The position numbers and the translations under genes were made by a program. Source: Oscillospiraceae bacterium (lineage in GTDB: Bacteria; Bacillota; Clostridia; Oscillospirales; CAG-272). Taken from it: a DNA stretch of 64,000 nucleotides. Below, in pieces: positions 9,745 through 18,511 of the stretch; the stretch's first letter is position 1, and each line of letters starts with the position of its first letter. The stretch is from the NCBI GenBank assembly GCA_015064695.1, contig SVRS01000003.1, positions 15,025 to 79,024 of the forward strand, in the 5' to 3' direction. The notes below the pieces were generated by a model, which ran no database searches, had not been told where the DNA came from, and saw only the letters and a program-made list of their open reading frames with translations.

Positions 9745-10167
9745 ATGTCTACTACCAACGAAACCAAGCTGCAGGACGTCATTCAAACCTCTCTGCAAAA
9801 CATCAAGACCCTCATCGACACCAACACCATCATCGGTACTCCCTACACCCATCCCTCGGGCACCGTGATCATCCCCGTCTCCAAGGTATCCATGGCTTAC
9901 GCCACCGGTGGTTTGGACTACGTCGGTAAGACCGATCCCAATGCAAAGCCCCAGAATTTCGGCGCAGGCGGCGGCACCGGCCTGACCATGCAGCCCATTG
10001 GCTTCCTCGTAATCGATGCTGCAGGCACCGTCGAGATGCTGAACGTCGGCGTTAAGAACCCCTCCGATCCCATCGAGCAGATCGCTGATATCATCGAGCG
10101 CTCTCCCGAGATCATCTCTCGCGTGAAGGCACTGCTGGGCAAGGATAAGGATAAGACCGAGGAATAA
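9745..10167 (+). CDS. ytfJ: GerW/YtfJ family sporulation protein
   Basis: 140 aa. VIIPVSKVSMAYATGG and GGGTGLTMQPIGFLVI are typical of the YtfJ/GerW family. Confidence 0.75.
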   Translation: MSTTNETKLQDVIQTSLQNIKTLIDTNTIIGTPYTHPSGTVIIPVSKVSMAYATGGLDYVGKTDPNAKPQNFGAGGGTGLTMQPIGFLVIDAAGTVEMLNVGVKNPSDPIEQIADIIERSPEIISRVKALLGKDKDKTEE

Positions 10168-10211
10168 TCTCCCGCCCCGTTCGTCTGTTTTGCAGACAAA
10201 TAGCATATTAC

Positions 10212-10269
10212 TTCCCGTCCAGCCGTATAGTGAAATGTAATTTCGCATACATACGGAGGGACGGGAATG
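10212..10269 (+). promoter_or_regulatory. stem-loop sequestering the RBS and start codon of the DD-carboxypeptidase gene
   Basis: TTCCCGTCC (10212-10220) pairs with GGACGGGAA (10259-10267). CCGTAT (10223-28) pairs with ATACGG (10251-56). The SD GGAGGG (10255-60) and the A of the ATG (10267) fall inside the stem. Confidence 0.45.
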
Positions 10270-11541
10270 TTCATATATCAGATTTTGCCATTGCGTCTGA
10301 AGCGGAGATTGTCTTTGTTTTTTTTCGCGACTGCTGTGATTACCGCTATTGCCGTATGCATCTCATCCTCGATCATGGTTCTCCATGGGGCGCAGGCGAG
10401 CTTCGCATCTTCCGCGGCATGGACCTCTTGCATGAGCGGAGACGTCTGTATTCCCCGCGGAGACGGCATTTCTGCAGCTGCGCTCACGGGAGTATCCGCA
10501 AAGGGTGCTGTACTTTTGGAAGCCGAAACAGGAACCGTGATCTTTGGCCACCAGCAAAATCTGCGCTTGCCAATGGCATCCACCACGAAAATTATGACGG
10601 CGCTGGTGGCGTTGGAACAACTGCCCTCCGACACACCCGTCACCATCACAGCTGATGCAGTTGGCATTGAAGGCTCGTCCATCTACTTGACAGAAGGGGA
10701 GACCTTGACCATGGAGCAGCTTCTGTACGCGCTCCTTTTGGAATCCGCCAATGATGCGGCCGTAGCCATCGCCATTGCTGTAGCCGGAGGTGTGGATGAA
10801 TTTGCAGAGCTGATGAACCGGAGGGCGCGGGATTTGGACTTGACTCAGACACATTTCACCAATCCCCACGGATTGGACAATGAAGAGCATTATACCACCG
10901 CCCTTGAATTGGCCAAGATTACCCAAGCGGCTTTGGCCAATCCCACTTTTCGCAGAATTTGCTCTACCCGACGTCATACCATTCCCCTCAACGGAAGCGA
11001 GGGCACGCGCGTTCTGGTAAACCACAATAAGCTTTTAGCCGCTTATCCGGGGTGCATTGGTGTCAAGACCGGTTTCACCAAGAAAACCGGTCGTTGCCTG
11101 GTTTCTGCCGCCGAACGGGATGGGGTCACACTCATCGCCGTGACTCTGAACGCCCCCGACGATTGGAGGGATCACGCCGCTATGCTGGACTACGGCTTCG
11201 GAATCTACGAATCCGTTCAGCTATGCAAGGAGGGCTTTTTTTCGGCACCTCTGCCAATCATATCCGGTACACGCGAATACGTCATGGTCGAGAATTTCTC
11301 TGACCGATCCATGACCCTGCGCAGGGATCACGGCCCCATTGCCTGTGTCGCTGAGCTTCCCCGCTTCGCCTTTGCTCCGATCGCCGGCAAGCAAGCAGTG
11401 GGACGGCTTGTGTTTTATGAAATCTGCCCCGATGGGACGAGAATCCGTCTTTGCGAGGTCTCTTTACACGCGACCTATGGCACTGATGAAATTCAATACA
11501 AGAAGGGCCTTATGGATTGGCTGCTCAGTCTGCGGAAATGA
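10267..11541 (+). CDS. dacB: D-alanyl-D-alanine carboxypeptidase (peptidase S11, PBP5-like)
   Basis: SxxK ASTTK, SxN SAND, KTG VKTGFT. N-terminal hydrophobic signal/anchor. Confidence 0.85.
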   Translation: MFIYQILPLRLKRRLSLFFFATAVITAIAVCISSSIMVLHGAQASFASSAAWTSCMSGDVCIPRGDGISAAALTGVSAKGAVLLEAETGTVIFGHQQNLRLPMASTTKIMTALVALEQLPSDTPVTITADAVGIEGSSIYLTEGETLTMEQLLYALLLESANDAAVAIAIAVAGGVDEFAELMNRRARDLDLTQTHFTNPHGLDNEEHYTTALELAKITQAALANPTFRRICSTRRHTIPLNGSEGTRVLVNHNKLLAAYPGCIGVKTGFTKKTGRCLVSAAERDGVTLIAVTLNAPDDWRDHAAMLDYGFGIYESVQLCKEGFFSAPLPIISGTREYVMVENFSDRSMTLRRDHGPIACVAELPRFAFAPIAGKQAVGRLVFYEICPDGTRIRLCEVSLHATYGTDEIQYKKGLMDWLLSLRK

Positions 11542-11610
11542 TTGCAGGTATATTCCCACCCAATATTCAATTATCCTGTTTTTACGAACTTTTAAAACGA
11601 AGGAAAATCT

Positions 11611-12327
11611 ATGGAACCCATCAGAATTTCAAAATACTTTACGGATTGCGGTGTTATGTCCCGCAGAGCCGCAGACGCCGCCGTGGAAAATGGCGAGGTC
11701 AAGATCAACGGCGAGATCGCTGTTCTGGGGCAGAAGGTGACCCCCGGCGTGGACGTAATCACATGGAGAGGCAAAAAAATTGTTCCTCCCTCTACTCCGG
11801 CCAAAATAACCATCATGCTGAACAAGCCCCGCGGATATTTAACCACGCTGTCGGATGACAAGGGACGGCACACGGTAGCCGAGTTGGTTCGGGACGCCGG
11901 TGTACGCCTGTACCCCGTCGGTCGGTTGGATATGGACTCCGACGGTCTGCTGATTTTGACCAATGACGGTGATCTGGCCAACAAGCTGGCTCATCCATCC
12001 CACAACGTGAACAAGGTCTATCTGGCCTACGTAGACGGTCACATTACGTCCGAGCAGATGGAAGGCATGACCCATCCCATCGAGATCGACGGAAAAATGA
12101 CCTCTCCTGCCCAGGTACGGAAGGCAGCTTACAATCAATTTGAGACCGCTTTGGAGGTCACCATTCATGACGGTCGAAACCGGCAGGTTCGCCGCCTCTG
12201 CGAGCGAGAGGGCCTTCACGTCCGCAAGCTGACCCGCGTAGCCGAGGGCCCCCTGCTGCTCGGCGAGCTGGAGGAGGGTAAATGGCGAAAGCTCTCGGCC
12301 AAAGAGCTTCACATGCTGATGCAATGA
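11611..12327 (+). CDS. rluB: RsuA/RluB family pseudouridine synthase
   Basis: N-terminal S4 domain. Catalytic motif GRLDMDSDGLLILTNDG. KVY..V and NRQVRR motifs. Confidence 0.85.
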   Translation: MEPIRISKYFTDCGVMSRRAADAAVENGEVKINGEIAVLGQKVTPGVDVITWRGKKIVPPSTPAKITIMLNKPRGYLTTLSDDKGRHTVAELVRDAGVRLYPVGRLDMDSDGLLILTNDGDLANKLAHPSHNVNKVYLAYVDGHITSEQMEGMTHPIEIDGKMTSPAQVRKAAYNQFETALEVTIHDGRNRQVRRLCEREGLHVRKLTRVAEGPLLLGELEEGKWRKLSAKELHMLMQ

Positions 12328-12415
12328 GAGGAACCGGAGGACGGCCTCCGGCACTTCCCAAAGCCCCCTTCGATTATCACAACACCAAACGCAACATCAC
12401 CAAAGGAGAATTATT

Positions 12416-12838
12416 ATGCTGGAAGTATTACCCATTCAGACCAAGCTGGAGCAGGAAGCAATCTGCGCCCGTTGCGGCGTTACGTACAAGGCGGATTGCA
12501 TGGCCTATCACGCCCTGGTAGACGGCAATCTTACCGCTGTTTGCCAGTTTACCATGGATAGCGAGGGCGGCCATATTCACGATCTGGCCATGGTACGAGA
12601 CGTACAGTTCACCGATCGCGACCGAATCGAATCGCTGTTCGTAATGGGTCGGGCAACCTTGAATTTTATCGATCTGTGCGGGGTTCATACCGCTTATTTT
12701 GAGGACGAAGGCTTTGAGGGCGAGGGCATGATCAAGTCTATCGGCTTCACGAAAACCTCGGAGGGCCGTTGGTTTGTGGATCTCACCGACTTCTTCGTAG
12801 AGCCTTGCCAGCACGGCCACGGATTGAAACAGGACTAA
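12416..12838 (+). CDS. hypothetical protein (140 aa)
   Basis: AAAGGAG RBS. No recognisable motif. Confidence 0.5.
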   Translation: MLEVLPIQTKLEQEAICARCGVTYKADCMAYHALVDGNLTAVCQFTMDSEGGHIHDLAMVRDVQFTDRDRIESLFVMGRATLNFIDLCGVHTAYFEDEGFEGEGMIKSIGFTKTSEGRWFVDLTDFFVEPCQHGHGLKQD

Positions 12839-12876
12839 ACATTATCGAGACTAAGACATCATTAGGAATCAACATT

Positions 12877-14781
12877 ATGAAATACATGCATTTGAATCTG
12901 ACCCCCGCGAACTTTTCCGCGGGACTCGCAAAAGCCCGCGCTCTCCTTGAAAAGAGCGGAGATCTTGAAGTGACGCTGGCACTGGGCAGCGGACACTATA
13001 CCATGACCGAGCTGATTTCCTGGGATGCCGCCGAATGGAAAGGACAAAAACACCTCCGCCTTTTGGGCGGCGGACGGACAAGCCCCGTCCTGTCTTCCCT
13101 GCGCGAGATTCCCGCAGATGCTTTTGCTCCCGTGGCAGGCAAGCCCTACTTCGTGTATCAGCTGGACAAGCAGAACGACGGGAATTATCCCAACCTACGG
13201 ACACTGTACGTAAATGGCCGCATTGCAGAGATTTCCCGCACGGCCGAACATCGCACCTGTCCCGCTTTTGAGGGCTACACCCCCACGCAATACACATGGG
13301 AGAAAGAATACCGCCACCGCCTCTACATTCCTTTGGCCGCAGTCGAAGAGGCAGGGGAAGAAAACTGCCGCGGTGCTGAGTTTCACATTCGGGTGGAGTG
13401 GGAGTTCAAAATCTACCACATCGACCATGTGGATACGGATGACCGTATTGAGCGGGACGGACAAATTTACGTGGCCGTCCAGCTTCGAACAGACGAGGAA
13501 AAGGGTGGAAATGGTTGCTTGCATTTAGCTCCCCGCTCCTTCTTCATCTCCAACACTACGTCCGTGCTGACCATCCCCGGACGGTACGCCTACGAGCGGG
13601 AAAACGGTCTTCTGTACTACTATCCCGAGGGAGATTTGGCTGACTGCAGCTTCGGCTTGGGCTTACAGACCGGGCTGTTCAGCCTACGTAATTTTGATGC
13701 AGTTACACTGCGAGGACTGACCTTCACCGGTGTGGAGGACGATGTTTTGACCCAAACCGGCTACTATGCCGCCGATCAAGCGGGCTGGTGGCGGGATGGC
13801 CTCCATATGTTCCCCGAAGGATTCCCCCATTCGGGTGCGGTGCGGGTACAGAACTGCGGTAGATTTGAAGTGGACCGTTGCAACTTCACAGAGCTTCCCT
13901 GCGACGGTATCTCTATGGTAGGAAAGCTTCTCAACGTGACCATCCGCAACAGCCGATTCACCCACGTCGGCGCATCCGCCATCCGTATCGGACGTCCCCT
14001 CGGCTCCTATTCGGACGAAAACACGGCGCGCAACCTCTGCATTGAGAATAACTATCTGGACGACATCGGTTTCACCTACGAAAACAGCTGCTCCATGATC
14101 ATCACCAAGGTGCAAAACGCACGGATTCACCACAATACCATTCTCCGTTCCTCCTATACCGCCATTTCGGTGGGCTGGAAGTGGGATGTGGGAACCTGGG
14201 AATACGGTGAGCAGGTCAATCTGGAAAACGTGGACATCGGATACAACTATATCCGCTCCTTCCTCACGAACATGCGGGACGGCGGCGCTATCTACACCCT
14301 CGGCGGCAACGTGGATGTGAAATTTTCCTCCTTTATGAACAACCTGCACGACAACGTGGTGGTGGAGGATGAATACACCTGCCCCGAAAACGGATTTTTC
14401 GGCTCTCTGTACCACGACGGAGCCTCCTCCAACTGGTACACCCACGACAATATCGTGATCCACACCCCCGCCCGCACGAACAGCGCGCGCATCTACATTC
14501 AAAACGCACCCTGGCCCGGTTCCACCGAAGGACAAGCCGCTTGGCATATTCTGTGCGAGAACAACTACATCGTAGCATGCGGAAACCTCGGAGAGGTCTA
14601 CCGCGCCGACGACAAGGAAAACGCCCTGGATCGATTGGATGTTCTGCGCGATCTGCATCAAAAGGATACGCATCTTCTTCGCACCTTGAAGAATCTCAAA
14701 AAGGATCCCGCCGCCAACCGCATTCTCACCAATGCCGGGTGCGACCGATCGCTTGAAAAATCCAAATTCGTCTTCAAATAA
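12877..14781 (+). CDS. right-handed parallel beta-helix repeat protein (pectate-lyase-fold), no signal peptide
   Basis: Track ORF trimmed to ATG 12877. Successive PbH1-like turns: VTIRNSRFTHVGASAIRIG, LCIENNYLDDIG, ARIHHNTILRSSYTAISVG, VDIGYNYIRS..GGAIYTLG. Confidence 0.55.
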   Translation: MKYMHLNLTPANFSAGLAKARALLEKSGDLEVTLALGSGHYTMTELISWDAAEWKGQKHLRLLGGGRTSPVLSSLREIPADAFAPVAGKPYFVYQLDKQNDGNYPNLRTLYVNGRIAEISRTAEHRTCPAFEGYTPTQYTWEKEYRHRLYIPLAAVEEAGEENCRGAEFHIRVEWEFKIYHIDHVDTDDRIERDGQIYVAVQLRTDEEKGGNGCLHLAPRSFFISNTTSVLTIPGRYAYERENGLLYYYPEGDLADCSFGLGLQTGLFSLRNFDAVTLRGLTFTGVEDDVLTQTGYYAADQAGWWRDGLHMFPEGFPHSGAVRVQNCGRFEVDRCNFTELPCDGISMVGKLLNVTIRNSRFTHVGASAIRIGRPLGSYSDENTARNLCIENNYLDDIGFTYENSCSMIITKVQNARIHHNTILRSSYTAISVGWKWDVGTWEYGEQVNLENVDIGYNYIRSFLTNMRDGGAIYTLGGNVDVKFSSFMNNLHDNVVVEDEYTCPENGFFGSLYHDGASSNWYTHDNIVIHTPARTNSARIYIQNAPWPGSTEGQAAWHILCENNYIVACGNLGEVYRADDKENALDRLDVLRDLHQKDTHLLRTLKNLKKDPAANRILTNAGCDRSLEKSKFVFK

Positions 14782-14794
14782 AGGAGATTTTGTC

Positions 14795-15901
14795 ATGAAA
14801 CAAATTCCTACCGCTTTCCTGACCACTCCCGTAGTTTATGCCGTCGGACACGACTATCAGATCATGGTTCCCGTTTCCTGCGAAACTCTGATGTGGGTAC
14901 AGGTGGGAAATCAATGCTATTATGACGATTCCAACGGTATCCTGCGATCCAATGTTACCACCCACCGCATGACCGTTCCCATGGAAGAATTAGATAAGGC
15001 AGGCAGATACACCGTCTGCTTCCGCCGCATGGTCGAACGAAAGCCCTATCGCTCTGAAACGAAAGAGATTGAGTATTATGAATCTCCGTTCCACGCAGTT
15101 CCTGCTGACGGCCCTCTGAAGGTGTATCATATCTCCGACTCCCACAACCGTGTGGAAGCCCCCGTGGCGGCAGCTCGCTTTTTCGGTGAGAAGCCCGATC
15201 TGCTGATCCTCAACGGTGATATTCCCAATCACAGCGGCGAGATTGCTTTTTTGGCTACCATTCACGAGATCGCTTCCGAGATCACCGACGGTGAGCGTCC
15301 CGTAGTTTTCTCTCGCGGCAACCACGATACCCGTGGGATCTACGCCGAGAATATTGCAGATCACACGCCCACGAGAGGCGGATATTCCTATTTTTCCTTC
15401 CGTCTCGGTTCTTTATGGGGGGTAGTGCTGGATTGCGGTGAGGACAAGCCCGATGATCACGTGGAGTATGGCCACACCATCTGCTGCGCGGATTTCCGCC
15501 GCCGGGAAACCGAATATATCAAGGAGATTATCCGAAACGCCAAGTCGGAATATGAGGCCGATGGCGTAAAGAATCGTCTGGTCATCTCCCACAACCCCTT
15601 CACTCAGGACTACGAGCCGCCCTTCGACATTGAAAACGAGACCTTCTCCGAGTGGGCTCACTTGATGAGAGAACACATCAAGCCTCAGCTCTCCCTCCAC
15701 GGCCATGTACATCAATGCCGTATTTCCATGCCGGGCTGCGAGTTCGATCACAGAGGACAAGCCTGCCCTGTAATCTGCGGCTCCCGCCCCGAGAGCGAAC
15801 GCTTCATCGGATGCGCTTTGGTGCTGGAGGAGAACCATTGCCGTGTCGTGTTTAACGACAGTAACGGAGAAATTTTGGAGGATCGGGTTCTAACGCTCTG
15901 A
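14795..15901 (+). CDS. metallophosphoesterase (calcineurin-like)
   Basis: Trimmed to ATG 14795 after AAGGAG. Motifs: ISDSHN, LNGDIPNH, GNHD, SHNP, GHVH. Confidence 0.75.
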   Translation: MKQIPTAFLTTPVVYAVGHDYQIMVPVSCETLMWVQVGNQCYYDDSNGILRSNVTTHRMTVPMEELDKAGRYTVCFRRMVERKPYRSETKEIEYYESPFHAVPADGPLKVYHISDSHNRVEAPVAAARFFGEKPDLLILNGDIPNHSGEIAFLATIHEIASEITDGERPVVFSRGNHDTRGIYAENIADHTPTRGGYSYFSFRLGSLWGVVLDCGEDKPDDHVEYGHTICCADFRRRETEYIKEIIRNAKSEYEADGVKNRLVISHNPFTQDYEPPFDIENETFSEWAHLMREHIKPQLSLHGHVHQCRISMPGCEFDHRGQACPVICGSRPESERFIGCALVLEENHCRVVFNDSNGEILEDRVLTL

Positions 15902-16004
15902 TTTCGCCTCTCTCAGCAAGTATCCATCACACTTAGCGGATCTTCTCAAATTGCCAAGGTGAATTTGAAAAATCCCAAACATCCGACGAAAGGATATACC
16001 AAAC

Positions 16005-18419
16005 ATGAAACAACACGTACTACGCATTCTCCTAACTTCCCTGCTGGTTACTTCTATGGCGCTTCCCATGTTTGCCTGCACCTCAAAGGATCCCAACCGG
16101 GAGACCGACGCCGATACAACATCTGCCGTAGTGAGCGAGCAGACCTCTCCCGACAAGGACACAGAAGATGAAACCGAAAGCGAGACGCAGTCTGCCAAGC
16201 CTCTGCCCACCACCGTAGCTCTCCCCACCGCCTATGCCACTGCCGATCTGGAATACGTCTGCGATGACGGCTCCGTGCTTTACACCTTCAATCAAAAGAC
16301 CTCCGCAGACTACGAGGCCGCCTGCGCCTACTACGCCGGTTTGGATTTTGCCGTATACAGCTCCATCAACCAAGGCGAGAATACGTCAACCACCTTCGTT
16401 GGTCAGTCGGTTATGGCGCACGTATATCTGACGGCTCATAAGGGTGAGCTGAACATTGTTCTGTCCGACACCGCCGCCGATACTCTGCCTCCCGCGACTC
16501 CCGCCGTTACCGACGGGGAATTCGAATGCACGGTGACCCAGATCCAGGATACCCAGAATTTCATCGGTATGTGCTACGTCATTCAGTTGAAGGACGGCTC
16601 CTTTATCGTCTACGACGGCTCCTTCGCCAATCAGGCCTCCAAGATCATCGGTACCATCCGACGGCTTCACAAGGGCGAGGATAAGCCCATCATCCGCGCT
16701 TGGGTACTGACCCATTCTCACAACGATCACTATCCCGCATTTGAGCAGATCGCCAACAAGCGTTCTTCCCGAGAGCAGCTCGTTCTGGAGCATGTCATCG
16801 TTTCTCCTTTGAACGATGCGAATTTCAGCTTGAACGACGTTGAGGAATTCTACCTCAGCACCAAGCTCTATGAGGATGCCGCTCTGTTCGGTGCCAAGGT
16901 GGTATTCGCCCACACGGGCATGAATTTCACCTTCTGCAACCTGGATATGGAGATCCTCTATGCTCCCGAAAGCGTGTACAAGTACTCCGGCGATAAGGGT
17001 AACTTCAACAACACATCCCTAGTCTCTCGCCTGTATGCCGAGAATTATTCAGCCCTGTTTACGGGTGACGTCAGCAACACGGGCGTGGATTTCATTCTGA
17101 AGGCCTACGGAAATGGGAATTATCTGAAGAGTGATATGTGTCAGGTCTCCCACCACGGTGTCGAGGGAACCTACATCCTGGAGCTATACGACAAGGTACA
17201 GGCTCCCATCATGTGGTACCCCGCCTCCTACGCGCTGTATGATAGCATGGATTCCATCTACAGTCCCGATGTCCACCTCGCACTGGAGACACGGGAGTAC
17301 GTCAAGGAAATTCTCATCCATGGGTGCGGTCAGTACGCCCGCGCGTGGGGGACGATCTTTGATGCAGATGCCCCCATTTCCATCCCCGATTACATCCCCA
17401 CGGCCCGCAACGAGGTGGAGGACGACCTTGTTATCCCCGAGGGAGCCGCCCTTTTGGCAACCGATAAGATCGCTTACGCGCAGGGTGAGCCCATCCTGGT
17501 AACGGCCTACGGAAACGGCACCGACTGGGTTGGTATTGCACGCAAGGGTGAGACAACCCCTCTGCGCTGGTGGTATCTGGTGCCCACAGCGAACCACCTC
17601 CACGCCGCCTACGGCAAGGCCTTTGACGCGACCCGCATCCCTGCCAATGAAAACGGCACGGCATTGCTCACCCCCGGTGAGTACATCATCGTCCTTGTTG
17701 AGGACGGCAAAACCATGTCCGCCGGCGAGCCTGCAGCCACGGTAGAGATCACGGTGACCGACACCGTCTACGATCAGCCCGCAGATAGCGGTCTGACCCC
17801 CTCGGTCCACATCACCTTTGACGGCAGTGCGGAGGATGCTATGAACAGTACCGCCGTTACAACGGTCGGCAGCGTCACCTACGCCGAGGGCTACAAGGGC
17901 CAGGGTGCCGTGCTGGGTGAAAGCTACGTCTCCATCCCCGGCTTCGACCCCGGTGCTGGTAGCTTTACCGTTGCAGTCTGGGCCAAGGTAGAGAGCATCT
18001 CGGGCGACCCCGCGCTGTTTGCCACCAAGGACTGGAGCAGCGGCGGAAACCCCGGTTTTGCCTTGGGCATCAATGAAAATTCCAACGTTCACGCCAACAT
18101 AGGCGACGGTTACGGACACCGCGTGGATATCAAGCCTGACCTGCCCTCCGATGCCATTGGCAACTGGGTCCACTACACCCTTGTGATTGACCGCACCGCC
18201 CGCCAGATGAAGGTCAGCTACAACTTCGGCGAGTTCCACACGGTATCCATCCCCGCCGAGCTTGTCAACGCCCCCTACGAGGGTCTTGGCGCGCTGGTCA
18301 TCGGCCAGGACGGCACCGGGCACTACGGCCACGGCTCCATGACCTGCGTGGTGGACGAGCTCATGGTCTTTGACCGCGCGCTGACTCAGGCTGATCTCCA
18401 GGCGCTATCCGGTCAGTAA
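16005..18419 (+). CDS. MBL-fold metallohydrolase lipoprotein with a beta-sandwich domain and a C-terminal LamG/concanavalin-like domain
   Basis: Lipobox LPMFAC. HxHxDH motif HSHNDH, later SHHGVE. C-terminal LamG-like segment (FTVAVWAKV..WVHYTLVIDR..VDELMVFDRAL). Confidence 0.7.
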   Translation: MKQHVLRILLTSLLVTSMALPMFACTSKDPNRETDADTTSAVVSEQTSPDKDTEDETESETQSAKPLPTTVALPTAYATADLEYVCDDGSVLYTFNQKTSADYEAACAYYAGLDFAVYSSINQGENTSTTFVGQSVMAHVYLTAHKGELNIVLSDTAADTLPPATPAVTDGEFECTVTQIQDTQNFIGMCYVIQLKDGSFIVYDGSFANQASKIIGTIRRLHKGEDKPIIRAWVLTHSHNDHYPAFEQIANKRSSREQLVLEHVIVSPLNDANFSLNDVEEFYLSTKLYEDAALFGAKVVFAHTGMNFTFCNLDMEILYAPESVYKYSGDKGNFNNTSLVSRLYAENYSALFTGDVSNTGVDFILKAYGNGNYLKSDMCQVSHHGVEGTYILELYDKVQAPIMWYPASYALYDSMDSIYSPDVHLALETREYVKEILIHGCGQYARAWGTIFDADAPISIPDYIPTARNEVEDDLVIPEGAALLATDKIAYAQGEPILVTAYGNGTDWVGIARKGETTPLRWWYLVPTANHLHAAYGKAFDATRIPANENGTALLTPGEYIIVLVEDGKTMSAGEPAATVEITVTDTVYDQPADSGLTPSVHITFDGSAEDAMNSTAVTTVGSVTYAEGYKGQGAVLGESYVSIPGFDPGAGSFTVAVWAKVESISGDPALFATKDWSSGGNPGFALGINENSNVHANIGDGYGHRVDIKPDLPSDAIGNWVHYTLVIDRTARQMKVSYNFGEFHTVSIPAELVNAPYEGLGALVIGQDGTGHYGHGSMTCVVDELMVFDRALTQADLQALSGQ

Positions 18420-18434
18420 TCTCCTGTTTTAGGG

Positions 18435-18463
18435 TTGACAAAATCCTGTTTATATGTTATAAT
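18435..18463 (+). promoter_or_regulatory. sigma-A type promoter of the second MBL lipoprotein gene
   Basis: TTGACA (18435-40), 17 nt spacer, TATAAT (18458-63). Confidence 0.55.
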
Positions 18464-18496
18464 GGCATTGCCGAATTTTTGGCAATGCCATTTTTC
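18462..18496 (+). terminator. intrinsic terminator of the first MBL gene, overlapping the downstream promoter -10
   Basis: ATGGCATTGCC, 8-nt loop, GGCAATGCCAT, followed by TTTTT. Confidence 0.6.
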
Positions 18497-18511
18497 GAAA
18501 GGAATACTGTC

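Noticed and set aside
12769-12876. N-terminal extensions of track ORFs (also 5185, 6512, 14732, 18479, 24054, 26556, 28315, 39759, 52940, 53477, 55058, 56406, 57801, 59528, 61355, 61155)
   Set aside because: The extensions overlap upstream genes, promoters or repeats. Internal starts with proper Shine-Dalgarno spacing give products that begin where family homology or signal peptides begin.
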